Positions 28,077 to 40,907 of a stretch of 64,000 nucleotides of DNA are shown here, piece by piece (position 1 is the first letter of the stretch; each line of letters opens with the position of its first letter). A model generated the notes under the pieces. It saw only the letters and a list, made by a program, of their open reading frames with translations, did not search any database and was not told the DNA's origin. This DNA comes from an uncultured Aminicenantes bacterium (GTDB taxonomy: Bacteria > Acidobacteriota > Aminicenantia > UBA2199): the NCBI GenBank assembly GCA_965195285.1, contig CBDAFS010000039.1:1-64000 (forward strand), in the 5' to 3' direction. The position numbers were made by a program, and so were the translations under genes.

Positions 28077-29994
28077 AAATCAGTTGACGATCCTTAATGA
28101 ACCTCGAATGCCAGAGCTCCAAATTAACAATTCTCCACAAAAACTCGGGGTTCTTCCGGGCCAGTACCGGGTAATCTCGGAGAATAGCCTGGTTATTCAG
28201 CCAGAGGGGATCCGCATCATTAATAATGCCGAATATGGTTTTCTTATTATCAATCAACCATTTTCCCAGAGGAAAGGGAAAGCCTCTCTTTCTTCTTCTC
28301 CACACAATGGACCGGGGTACAATATCCTCGAAGGATTTGCGAAGAAACCACTTCAACCAGCCATTGCGGAAGAAATAACCGGGCGGAAGCGAAAAGACAT
28401 AATCCACCACCCGGTAATCAAGAAAAGGATTCCTGACTTCAATGGGAATCCCCATATCACTTTTGTCACTTGAACTCATCCAGTAATACATCTTCAGGTC
28501 TTTCATGTTCTGGATATACAATTGATTAATATCCTTGGGATATTCTAGAAACGGGATATACTCTTTTTCTGATTTAATATAGCGATCAAACTCCACTGGC
28601 TCTCTTCGATAATTCAAGATTTTACGGGCCAACAGCCTGGTTAAAGGGAAAAAACTGAGCGGGTATTTTTCCTTATAAAATAGAATGTTTTTGAAAAATG
28701 CAGAATAACTGCCCTTCTTCAACAAGGCCCTCAGGGTGGGAATGGCATATTCCGTATATCCGGCAAAAACCTCATCGCCTCCTGCACCGCCAATGATCAC
28801 CTTGTATCCCTGTTCGCGCATTTTTTTCCTCAACAACTGACCGACCAAAAGAACAGGTCCATGAAAGGGTTCTTCAAGCAGGTATATGAAGTCATTCAGA
28901 TATTCCCACAAATTCTCCTCTTCAAAATTAATCAAATGGTGGTTCACCTGTGGATACTGCTTAACCAGTTTCACGGCAAAATCTGATTCATCCACTTTCT
29001 TATTCTCATATTTGACTGAAAAAGCCGCAAAAGGAGCTGGATTTAGAGACGCTCGCAGGGCAACCAGGGAAGATGAATCCAATCCTCCGCTGAGCTCAAA
29101 AGCAACCGGAACATCTGCCCGCAGCCTTTCGGTCAAGGCAACTTTCATCAAATCTTTAAACTGCTCGGTTGATTGTTTAAAATCCACCTCGCTTTCATCC
29201 ATTCTGTTATCCGGAAGTTCCCAATAATGACGGGAAGTCAATCTCCCGTCCGGCGTTACTTTCACTAAGGCGGCATTATCCATCATTAGAATTTCTCTCC
29301 AGAATGTGGAATGTCCGAAGTCCTTGATCCCGGAGATCAGATAGTTGTAAACGACTTCATCATCCAGATGGAGCTCAGATTTGTCCAGAATCGGTAACAG
29401 GGATTTTATTTCTGAAGCCCACAATATCCTCTGACGGGAATGATAGACATAAAGTGGTTTTTTACCAATCCGGTCCCGGGAAAGTATCAGCAGGTTTTGA
29501 TTCAAATCAAACAGGGAAAGGGCCCAGAATCCGCTGAGTTTCGAAAAACATTTCTCCCCCCAGTATTGATACGCTTCCAGAATAACTTCCGTATCCGACC
29601 TGGTCCTAAAGGTAATACCCTTTTGTTCCAATTCCTGCCGGAGTTCTATGTAATTAAAAATCTCACCGTTGAATACCAGGCAGGTTGTTTTCTGTCTGTT
29701 CCACATGGGTTGGTGACCGGATGGCGAAATATCAATGATGGAGAACCGTTGGTGGGCCATGGCCAACTGATGAGAAAAATTTAAATTCACTTGGCCAACC
29801 GGGGCATACTTCTGCTTGATTTCCGGATGTGAGTGATTGGCAGACAGGTCCAGGCTATGCCCTTTGGTGGTATCAATCAACACATAGCCTTCATCATCCG
29901 GTCCCCTGTGGGCAATTTCCCTCGACATGCCCGCAATCATATCAGTACTCTTGATCTGATGTCGATAATTCCAGTATCCGGCAATTCCACACAT
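28057..29994 (-). CDS. asnB: Asparagine synthase-like glutamine amidotransferase
   Basis: MCGIAG, HRGPDDEG, FNGEIFNY, LSGGLDSS, GGDEVFAGY, RNPFLD; glycan-locus context suggests sugar amidation. Confidence 0.93.
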   Translation of the reverse strand: MCGIAGYWNYRHQIKSTDMIAGMSREIAHRGPDDEGYVLIDTTKGHSLDLSANHSHPEIKQKYAPVGQVNLNFSHQLAMAHQRFSIIDISPSGHQPMWNRQKTTCLVFNGEIFNYIELRQELEQKGITFRTRSDTEVILEAYQYWGEKCFSKLSGFWALSLFDLNQNLLILSRDRIGKKPLYVYHSRQRILWASEIKSLLPILDKSELHLDDEVVYNYLISGIKDFGHSTFWREILMMDNAALVKVTPDGRLTSRHYWELPDNRMDESEVDFKQSTEQFKDLMKVALTERLRADVPVAFELSGGLDSSSLVALRASLNPAPFAAFSVKYENKKVDESDFAVKLVKQYPQVNHHLINFEEENLWEYLNDFIYLLEEPFHGPVLLVGQLLRKKMREQGYKVIIGGAGGDEVFAGYTEYAIPTLRALLKKGSYSAFFKNILFYKEKYPLSFFPLTRLLARKILNYRREPVEFDRYIKSEKEYIPFLEYPKDINQLYIQNMKDLKMYYWMSSSDKSDMGIPIEVRNPFLDYRVVDYVFSLPPGYFFRNGWLKWFLRKSFEDIVPRSIVWRRRKRGFPFPLGKWLIDNKKTIFGIINDADPLWLNNQAILRDYPVLARKNPEFLWRIVNLELWHSRFIKDRQLIFETFKK

Positions 29995-30036
29995 GATTAA
30001 TTGTCTAATTAAATAAGCTATTCATCATTATCAAAA

Positions 30037-30987
30037 CTATATATCAATATTAAATAACTTCAACCACCTTCTTATGTATGAAGCGGTAAGCATTTTGGGC
30101 AATTTAGTCTTCTTAAACCGTGACGGAATAGGATTTGCATATAATTCCAATGATTCCCTTTTGATTATCTGCCTGATTTGTCTTAACAATTCCCGTGTTG
30201 TTCCTTTCTGAATTTCCTGAAAATAGAGAAAAGTAAGGTTTGCGCACATCATCTGATATCCGGAATAGTTCATTTTTTCAATAATGCAATTGTCACCTAA
30301 TTCACAATTTAATTTCTTGTAGTAATCTATTGCACTGGCTATCATAAGAATACGATCCGCATTCATGCTTCTGCCATGAATCCGGTAAAAACCACCAATA
30401 AAAGGGAAATATTTAAAAGTCACACCGGTTGCTGCTAAAATACTTAGCATGTACCTGTCTTCATTGGCTTTTAATTCAGCTTTAAATAAACCAAAATGTT
30501 TGAAAATATTTCTATTAAATAGTAATGAATGAATTGGAGTCGGATATGGTAACCAAAAATTATAATAATAAGGGAAAATATCATCAATTTTTCCAATATT
30601 CATAGACACAATCCTTTTAGAATCATCAAATAGCCAATCAACCTCGCAATAGGTTATATCTGCATTCTGTTTTAGGGAAAATTCTATTTGCCTTGACAGT
30701 TTGTTTTTTTGTAAAAGATCATCTGCATCAAGAAATTGAATATACTCACCTTTAGCAGCTTTAATTCCAGTATTTCTGGCTTCAGCAAGTCCGCAATTTT
30801 TCTGATTTATCAAACGAATCCTTTTGATGAACTTCTGGATAACAGGAAATGGATCATCAGTTGAACCGTCATTTACAACAATAATTTCAATATTGGAATA
30901 GGTTTGGTCTAAAACACTCTTTATTGCTTCTCCTATATATTTTCTCTGATTATACAGGGGAATAATAACACTTACTTTTGGTTTCAT
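30037..30987 (-). CDS. Glycosyltransferase family 2
   Basis: VSVIIPLYN, NDGSTD, FLDADD, NED. Confidence 0.93.
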   Translation of the reverse strand: MKPKVSVIIPLYNQRKYIGEAIKSVLDQTYSNIEIIVVNDGSTDDPFPVIQKFIKRIRLINQKNCGLAEARNTGIKAAKGEYIQFLDADDLLQKNKLSRQIEFSLKQNADITYCEVDWLFDDSKRIVSMNIGKIDDIFPYYYNFWLPYPTPIHSLLFNRNIFKHFGLFKAELKANEDRYMLSILAATGVTFKYFPFIGGFYRIHGRSMNADRILMIASAIDYYKKLNCELGDNCIIEKMNYSGYQMMCANLTFLYFQEIQKGTTRELLRQIRQIIKRESLELYANPIPSRFKKTKLPKMLTASYIRRWLKLFNIDI

Positions 30988-31078
30988 TTATGATATATCA
31001 ATATCACTCAACAATTTCATTCATTCCTTAAATTAATAGACAATAACCAGAAATCATTTTAATTTTCGAGTAGTCTTA

Positions 31079-32138
31079 TCATTTATTGAGAGAAAATTTT
31101 GATCTTTTTAAAGCCTTCACAATTTTATCAGTAAAAACTTTTAAAATATATTTTATTAGATTAATTTTTAATTCGATTGGCAATAAAAAAAAATCGGTTA
31201 TCGATTTTTTAAACAGATTATTCCTGAAATATAAATAAATATATTTATCTCGTTTATACTTTATGATATTTTTTATTTTTTTTTCTTTTAAACCAATTTT
31301 TTTTATCAAATTCGATTCTTTAGATAAGAGATTCTTATTAAATGTATCCAATAGAGTTAATATGTTTTTGAATATGTTAAAATTTTTTATATTCACATTG
31401 TCTAATTTCATATCCTTCAGAACAGAATATTCATTGTTGGTGATTTTTTTGCCAATTATATCCTCAATTTTTTGTTTTGAAATTCTATTGGCTGAATTTA
31501 TCTGCTGACATAAATATGTTGACGACATATTAGATTTTGTTTCTCTCCAACTCACCAGCACTTTATTGATTTGAACTAATTTTGTTATTTTTGATAATCT
31601 TGTCCATAATTCATAATCCTGTGCTTTATCCATCCGCTCATCATACCCTCCGGAATTTATTACAATATCTTTACTGAAAAAAACCGTAGAATGTGCTATG
31701 CAATTCCCAAAATATAAAATATAATACACTTCTTCCGGCGAAAATATTTTATCAAACCGTCCAACTCTTTTTCCGGCCACATCAATCACATCCGCCAAAC
31801 TGAAAACAAATCCAATATCCTTATTGTTTTCTAAAAAATCATATTGCAATTTAAGTCGATCTTTCACAGAAATATCATCTGCATCCATTCGAACAATGTA
31901 TTCACCTTTTGCCATCATTAACCCTGTGTTTAATGATTTGGTTAAACCAATATTTCTCTCATTATTAATTATTTTAATTCTTAAGTCGCTGTAACTCTGC
32001 AATATTTCCGCAGTACTATCCGTAGAACCATCATTAATGATTATAAATTCGAAGTCTGTAAAAGTTTGCTCCAGGATACTATTAATGGCTTCTTTGAGAA
32101 AGCTCTCACAATTATAAACTGGCATTAAAACAGTAACT

Positions 32139-32152
<14 letters not shown>
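31079..32152 (-). CDS. Glycosyltransferase family 2
   Basis: VTVLMPVYN, NDGSTD, RMDADD, QDYELW; start set at MKNPK. Confidence 0.93.
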
Positions 32153-34006
<1,854 letters not shown>

Positions 34007-34007
<1 letters not shown>

Positions 34008-35854
34008 TAACTTTCCTTTTGTATAAGTTTTTTATCTTTTTTTCTTTTCTCCAAATACCATTCAAAAATTGGAGTATCAACTTGATTTATACTTCTATTA
34101 ATATCACTATCACCACAAACACCGTTAGGATACATACACTTACCTTTTTTTATATCTTCAAACAACTTTTGGGGAATATTTTCCCATATTTTATCAAAAT
34201 TCTCTTTCTTTACATTACCCATCTTCCGATCTTCACTTAATTTAAAATTACAGGGATAAACATCCCCGTTGGGAGCTAAATGGAAAAAAGTCTTACATGC
34301 ATGGCATGGCATAATGCGTTTATTTATTATTGAATCATAAAGATAACATGACTTAATATTTCCTTTATACTTTAAGAAATCTCCATGAACATCTTTAGTA
34401 AATTTAATTTTGTCAATACCAGTATAGCGTTCTAAAATAGGTATTAATTCAGAATTATTTTGAAAAACTAAATCTTCTTCTGTTGTACTAAAACGATCAT
34501 TCATTACAGTCCAACATATATGAACACCTAATCCTTTACTTTTGGCAAAATCTTGGACCCAATCGAAATACTCAACATTATCTCTAAGAAATGTAAAGCT
34601 AAAATCAACATTTGAAGAAAATTCTTTCAATAATTCTGCCGTCCTTACAGTATTTTCAAAACTGCCATTTATACCCCTACTTTTATCATGTATTTTTTTA
34701 GGACCATTTAAACTTACACCAATCAATGCCCATTTTAGATTGGGAGCAAGTGACTTTATTTTTTTAAAAAAATTATATGTCCTATCAGGATCATAGCCAT
34801 TGGTCGTAATGCTAAACTTTGCTTTCTTTAATTTTTTATGAAGCGCTATCACTATTTCAGGAAAATCATTCCTCAATATTGGTTCTCCACCACTAAGAAT
34901 CACTTCATTAACATCTTTTAATAATTTATTATTTGTCAATTTATCTATATCATCAGAAGTAAGCTCCTCTTTTGGTAAGGTTTTATTCTTCCATATATTA
35001 CAAGAAACGCATTTAAAATTACACCGCCATGTCATTGTGTACCTAATACAAGTTATTGCGTCAAGCTTACTATCCTTAATTCTATCTTTTTGAAAAATTC
35101 TTTTTAATAACCTTTTTAATTTCTTCATTTTTGATACTATATTTTTCTGATTTTTTTTATTACCAATATCCTTTTCAAGAACACCCATCAAAATTGTGTG
35201 CCTGTTGTTCAGACAATCCTTTATCAGCACCTTTTCTCTCCAGTAAAAACCATATTTATTCATTAATTTTGAAATGCTAATAACATTAACTTTGTAGGGG
35301 TGCGCACTATCAGCATTTCTTTTCACTACCTTCCAAGAGGTGCCTGTATCCCCAATGTTTATCATAAACCACAATTCTCCGTCAGTTTTAAGAATATTAA
35401 AAATGGTATTGGTGGCAAGTTCGATATCTGAAACATGATCCAATACATTCCAACAGATAACAACATCAGCTTTAATATCAGTTTTATAGGTTTCTATTTC
35501 ACTACAAATATATTTAACATTATCATTAGAAAGATCCCACATTTTTTTATATTCATCTATAAGTGGATCTATTCCGATTGCAGTTGTATTGTTCAAATGG
35601 GAAATTACTGCGGTAGGTCCACAACCAACCTCAATCACAACCTTATTTTTTAGGTCACTAATACTGCGATTTATATACATAAGACAGTATTTTCTGAAAT
35701 AAATATTTGCAATTCTCCATTCATCAGGAGAGAATCCCTTCCATTCATTTTCCCTTATATTTGACCAAAAATCTAATTCTTCGATTTGTTTGGGTTTTAA
35801 ACTACTTACATCCAATTCATCTCTAATTGTTTTTTGTTGCGATTTCTTCAGCAT
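34007..35854 (-). CDS. Methyltransferase + radical SAM + SPASM/twitch fusion protein
   Basis: IEVGCGP, NVLDHV; CNFKCVSC, SGGEP, TTNG; CHAC...GDVYPC. Confidence 0.88.
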
Positions 35855-35889
35855 ACTTACCTCTTATTATTTTTTTGCTATCACAATAA

Positions 35890-37080
35890 TTATTTTACCT
35901 CATATAAAACCTTTAAAAAATTTTTCCCTCTTGAATGGTCAATCCCTTTAAATTCTACAGGAATTCTCCACCAAAATAAATATCCAACTCTATTTTTGGA
36001 CCATATTGCAATAATTATTTTCGTCATAGAATTATTGATTTGAATATTTTTTATTTCTATTTTTAAAGTATGTTTGCCTTTTTCTAAATTTATTTTTTTA
36101 TTATATGCTTTATTAGTTGCCAGAAAATAAAGTGATCTCTCATTCCCACTGTAAATCCCAGTATCAATGTCTACATCCTCATAATCTATCCGAGATTTAT
36201 ATTTCATAGATATCGAAAAGGAATCGCCAGGGTATAATATTCTCTTGTCTATTTCGACATCAAAAAAGTTAATTTTTTCATTACCGCTACAAATTTTTTC
36301 TATACCTAAATCCCCTTTGCTAATAAATAAATTAGTATATTCCTTAATACCGTCTTCAACACGGTTAAAATATTTAGCCTTGCCATTGTTAAAAAAAATA
36401 ACCTTTTCTGTAAAAGTTGAAATTATGTGCATATTATGGGAGACTAATATAGCTGTTGTTCCATTTTTTTTGAGTTCGCCGATTTTATTGAAACATTTAA
36501 TTTGAAACCCTTCATCCCCCACCGCCAGCACCTCATCCACCAGCAGTATGTCTGGCTTGCAATGCACAGCCACAGCAAACCCCAGCCTCACAAACATCCC
36601 GCTTGAGTAAAACTTCACAGGCGTATCCAGAAAACCACCAATATCTGCGAACTCAACAATATCATCAAATTTTTTGTCCACCTCTTTTTTTGTCATTCCA
36701 AGAATTGCAGCATTTACATAAATATTCTCTCTTCCAGTTAGCATGGGATGAAAACCAGCTCCTACTTCTATTAAAGCACCAACTCTTCCCTTAATGGTAA
36801 TTTTGCCCTTGTCAGGCCAGAAAATTCCATTCAACATTTTTAACAGAGTTGTTTTACCGGAACCGTTCGGGCCAATAATCCCAAGCACTTCCCCCTTTTT
36901 TAATTCAAAAGAGACCTTTTTAACTGCCCAGAACTCATTTTTCCTTAAACTCTCGGGATGAGAACTCAAGCCTAAAATGTTCCTACCTATATCGGCTATG
37001 CCGTAAAGCATAGATCGTTTTAACGATTTACAATATTTTTTTGCCACATTCTCAACATTTACAGCCAAAATGTTATTCAT
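35890..37080 (-). CDS. wzt: Polysaccharide ABC exporter ATPase with C-terminal domain
   Basis: GPNGSGKTT, YSSGMFVRLGFA, LLVDEVLAVGD; ~130-aa C-terminal extension. Confidence 0.93.
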   Translation of the reverse strand: MNNILAVNVENVAKKYCKSLKRSMLYGIADIGRNILGLSSHPESLRKNEFWAVKKVSFELKKGEVLGIIGPNGSGKTTLLKMLNGIFWPDKGKITIKGRVGALIEVGAGFHPMLTGRENIYVNAAILGMTKKEVDKKFDDIVEFADIGGFLDTPVKFYSSGMFVRLGFAVAVHCKPDILLVDEVLAVGDEGFQIKCFNKIGELKKNGTTAILVSHNMHIISTFTEKVIFFNNGKAKYFNRVEDGIKEYTNLFISKGDLGIEKICSGNEKINFFDVEIDKRILYPGDSFSISMKYKSRIDYEDVDIDTGIYSGNERSLYFLATNKAYNKKINLEKGKHTLKIEIKNIQINNSMTKIIIAIWSKNRVGYLFWWRIPVEFKGIDHSRGKNFLKVLYEVK

Positions 37081-37081
37081 C

Positions 37082-37930
37082 TTAAATTCTCTCTGCTACC
37101 CTGGTTTCGGTCAGGTGAAAAACAAATAAGCAAAAAATAAAAACAAAAAAAGAAATAATAACGGAAACCCAAAAACCTGGCCATTCCTTCGAGTATCCGG
37201 TTAATATAAGATCCCTTGGCACTGAAACAAGATAAAATAATGGATTATATTTTGTTATTTGAGCCAGAATCCCGGTGGTTGGCTTTGGATATAAGATGGG
37301 TGTTAAAAACATAAAAAACGTCATTAATATTGAAATAATATTTCCAATATCTCTCAAAATACCATTCAAAATTGATAGAATAAAACCAAGGCCAAGGGTT
37401 AAGATAAAGACTGGGAGTATAAGAATCGGAAATAAACATATGGCTGCATGTGGGGAATAACCATAAAATAAAAAAAGAATTCCTGCCAGAACAAATTGAA
37501 TAAGGAAAGATACCAGTGATTGACCTATTGAAGCAATTACCAGTGATTTTTTTGAAAAGTTTATTTTTACAATCATCGATCCGGCCTTCACCAATGAATT
37601 TGAACCTGCAATAAGTCCTGAGGCAAACACCTGCCATATAGCAATTCCTAACACCGCAAAAATAGGATAGGGTACATCAATTTTCCCAAGGTTGAATATA
37701 CCAGACCGATTAAGCATAATAAAAGTTCCTACACTAATAAGAGGAATTACAAAAGCCCATAAAACCCCGATAAATGATTGTTTATATATGCCCAGGAAAT
37801 CTCTTTTAAAAAGTTGATAGATTAACCAACGGCTTAGTTTTATTTCAGAAACAATCTCTTTAAAAATACAAAAATACCCATTCTTTAAAATATTGTCAGG
37901 TTCATATGTCTTTAATTTATTATTATTCAT
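37082..37930 (-). CDS. wzm: Polysaccharide ABC exporter permease
   Basis: RDF...YKQSFIGVLW, FLTPILYP, NP; adjacent to wzt. Confidence 0.93.
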   Translation of the reverse strand: MNNNKLKTYEPDNILKNGYFCIFKEIVSEIKLSRWLIYQLFKRDFLGIYKQSFIGVLWAFVIPLISVGTFIMLNRSGIFNLGKIDVPYPIFAVLGIAIWQVFASGLIAGSNSLVKAGSMIVKINFSKKSLVIASIGQSLVSFLIQFVLAGILFLFYGYSPHAAICLFPILILPVFILTLGLGFILSILNGILRDIGNIISILMTFFMFLTPILYPKPTTGILAQITKYNPLFYLVSVPRDLILTGYSKEWPGFWVSVIISFFVFIFCLFVFHLTETRVAERI

Positions 37931-37986
37931 TAAATTTTAAACTTAGCTTTATATAAATACAGGTTTGTAAAAAAAATATAATCATT

Positions 37987-38937
37987 TTATTTTACTCTAC
38001 TTTTTAACATAAAAAAATCAACTAGATTTGTTATTGCACACTGTCCCATTGCCTCTATGGCTTCTTCAGTATGCCCTCCTATATGAGGAGTACAAATAAG
38101 ATTTTCTGATTCCAAAAACTCTTTGTCTTCTGGAGGTTCCATTTCATAAACATCAATGGCTGAGCCAGCAATAATTCCATTTTTTAAAGCCCATTTTAAA
38201 TCATCCTGTATTACAATTTCTCCTCGAGCAGTATTTATTAAAAAAGCCGATTTTTTCATTGTTTTCAACATGTTTTTATTAACCATATTTCTAGTTAGCT
38301 CTGTCAAGGGAGTATGTATTGTCACTATATCAGCTCTACTAAATATCTGTTCTTTAGAATATTCAATTAATCCTTTCTCTTTGTAATAATTATCTTGGTT
38401 TATGATATCATTCACTAATATTTTGCATTTAAAATATTTTAATAACTCCACAATATCCTTCCCAATATTGCCAACCCCAATAATTCCGATTGTTTTCCCG
38501 GTCAACTCGTGACCACCCTTCCGGTTCCACCGCCCTTCTCTGAGCTCATCCGATGCCTGATAAAAATCTCTCATGAGGCAAATCATGAATCCCAGGGTAA
38601 GCTCGGCAACTGACCTCCGGTTAACACCCTTGGAAAACAAAACATCTACTCCATAATCTCGACAGGCCCGAAAATCAATATTATCCAGTCCGACTCCGTA
38701 TTTTGATAAGACTTTTATTTTAGAAGAATTCCGTAATATATTTTCATCTATTCTCTCACGTCCAATGATTGAACCATCCAAATCCTGTAAAAAATCGATT
38801 AAATCATTTTTATCCAGCGGGTATTTGGTTTTATTTAATCTGATCTCGGCAAAATCATGTTTTTCAATTGCTTTTACCAGAAATGGATTCTGGGTAAAAG
38901 CAAAAGGTGTGATCCCAATTCTAATTTTATTTATCAT
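37987..38937 (-). CDS. D-2-hydroxyacid dehydrogenase (SerA-like, no ACT domain)
   Basis: GVGLDNID, GIIGVGNIG, INTARG, DVYEMEP, TPHIGG. Confidence 0.9.
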   Translation of the reverse strand: MINKIRIGITPFAFTQNPFLVKAIEKHDFAEIRLNKTKYPLDKNDLIDFLQDLDGSIIGRERIDENILRNSSKIKVLSKYGVGLDNIDFRACRDYGVDVLFSKGVNRRSVAELTLGFMICLMRDFYQASDELREGRWNRKGGHELTGKTIGIIGVGNIGKDIVELLKYFKCKILVNDIINQDNYYKEKGLIEYSKEQIFSRADIVTIHTPLTELTRNMVNKNMLKTMKKSAFLINTARGEIVIQDDLKWALKNGIIAGSAIDVYEMEPPEDKEFLESENLICTPHIGGHTEEAIEAMGQCAITNLVDFFMLKSRVK

Positions 38938-39077
38938 TTAAACAATAAGCTACCGCCGCTGATAGTTTGCATACCTACAAATAATATCACGATAGCATCA
39001 ATAATAAATCACTTTCAATATAGCATATCTGGTTTTTTTTTCAAGAGACTGGTTCAGTGGGAAACAGGCTCGGCAGG

Positions 39078-39416
39078 CTATTTCTTCCCACCCTTCTCCT
39101 TTTGATTCTTTTTATCCTTTACAATAACCACGACCTTCTCGTTTTTCTTCATCAACCACAATTTTTCCCTGGCTTTCTTCTCAAGTGCCAGGGGATTATT
39201 TTTTAGTTCCCGGATCTCCTGCTCCAACTGTACTTTTTCCTGCTCAAGCCCTTCGATTTTTTCCTCTAAATCTTTTATTTTGGTCTGAGTAGTAATGATC
39301 TCAATAATGCCCCCCTCGCCGAAAAAAAAAGTGAGAATAATGATTAATATAAGCAGGGCAATCAGCATTAAAAATCCTTTTGAAGTTAAAAATTTCCTTG
39401 TCTTGTTTTTATTCAA
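39078..39416 (-). CDS. ftsB: Septum formation initiator FtsB/DivIC
   Basis: TM helix, FGEGG, coiled coil, EKKAREKL...NE. Confidence 0.85.
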   Translation of the reverse strand: MNKNKTRKFLTSKGFLMLIALLILIIILTFFFGEGGIIEIITTQTKIKDLEEKIEGLEQEKVQLEQEIRELKNNPLALEKKAREKLWLMKKNEKVVVIVKDKKNQKEKGGKK

Positions 39417-40818
39417 TCAACTGCCTCCCCATTTTAATCAATTCAGTGGTCCTTTGCTTCAGGGGTGATTCGGCATAGATACGGAGTAAATGATTGGTAC
39501 CGGATTCTCGCAATAAAAGCCAGGATTTTTGAAATATAAATTTGATGCCGTCATCAAATAATATCTCTTTCGGTTTTAAACCATTTACATTAAAATCCCT
39601 GTGTTTCAACAGATTCAGGAATTTCTTCTTTCTGGACTCATTAACCCTGACCGAAATCTCCTTGCTATATAGCTTTGAAAATTTGAGTGAAAAATTCTTC
39701 AGGATCTTATCCATGTCCAACTTATAATAAGCCAGCATCTCGGTTACCAATAAGTTAAAAAGAATGCCATCTTTAATGTTGATTCCCTTATTCAGGGAAG
39801 CCCCATTAGAACTTTCTACTCCAATAAATGTTTTTCTTTTGGAAAGCATATCTGCCACATATTTGAATCCCACCGGGGTTGTATAGACTTTTCGAAAATA
39901 ATAATTGGCAACCCTCTGAATATAGTCTGTGGTGGATATCGATTTGACAATACCGCCCTCCATTTTCCTGATGGTTATCAGGTATTCAATCAGCGGGGGA
40001 ACAATCATGTTGGCATTGATATACTTTCCTTTGGCATTGACAATACCGAACCGATCCCCATCAATATCCGTGGCCACTCCGATATCGGCCTTTTTTTCAC
40101 ACACCAGCTCAGAGAGTTCTCTTAAATTCTCACTGTTGCACGATGGAATAACCGCACCAAAAGACGAATAGGGAAAATTATGAATACTCTCAATTTCAAT
40201 ATCATTTTTGCTCAACACATAATCCAAATATTCCCTGGAAGCGCCATATAAATTGTCCACAACGATCACCACACCTGAATCTCGTATTAAATTAAAATCA
40301 ATTATGCTTTCAATATAATCAATATAAGGACTTCTGAGATCGATAGTTTCAATTAGCTCTTTGTTTGCATATTGGGGTCTGAAATGAAAACCGTGCTGAA
40401 TCTTCTCCACTTCCTTTTCTATCTGATTGGTTTCTGATGGCATTGCAGGGGCCCCATTATGGTTGAAAACCTTAATCCCATTGTATACTGGTTTGTTATA
40501 GCTGGCCGTAAAGTTGATGGCACCGCAACACCGGTAGCTAACGGTCCCCAGGGAAATAGCAGGGAGCGGGGCATCCCGGATGGAAAAATAAGTTTTTACG
40601 CCGAACAATGATAACATTTTCGCGGTTTCGGAGGCGAATTGCCTGGATAAAAATCGGGTATCATAGTTGACGATGATTTTCAGTTCTTTTCCGGGATATC
40701 TTTTTTTCAGGTAATTAAAATAGGCCTGGGTGAAAATTCTCACATTTTTAAAGGAGAATTCCCGTCCCATTCTGGCTCGCCAGCCATCGGTTCCGAATTT
40801 GATCACTCCCATACTCAA
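39409..40818 (-). CDS. Phosphohexomutase (PGM/PMM) family protein with atypical motifs
   Basis: KFGTDGWR, TASYN, DIDGDRF, TPVGFKY, LLRESGT; start may be ATG 40812. Confidence 0.87.
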   Translation of the reverse strand: MSMGVIKFGTDGWRARMGREFSFKNVRIFTQAYFNYLKKRYPGKELKIIVNYDTRFLSRQFASETAKMLSLFGVKTYFSIRDAPLPAISLGTVSYRCCGAINFTASYNKPVYNGIKVFNHNGAPAMPSETNQIEKEVEKIQHGFHFRPQYANKELIETIDLRSPYIDYIESIIDFNLIRDSGVVIVVDNLYGASREYLDYVLSKNDIEIESIHNFPYSSFGAVIPSCNSENLRELSELVCEKKADIGVATDIDGDRFGIVNAKGKYINANMIVPPLIEYLITIRKMEGGIVKSISTTDYIQRVANYYFRKVYTTPVGFKYVADMLSKRKTFIGVESSNGASLNKGINIKDGILFNLLVTEMLAYYKLDMDKILKNFSLKFSKLYSKEISVRVNESRKKKFLNLLKHRDFNVNGLKPKEILFDDGIKFIFQKSWLLLRESGTNHLLRIYAESPLKQRTTELIKMGRQLIE

Positions 40819-40907
40819 TAGATAGTATAAAACCTGAAATTTATCAATTTTACTGCAATTAAGCGGTATTTCGGTTAATACAACAGGGTATTAAACCTTT
40901 TCATTCA

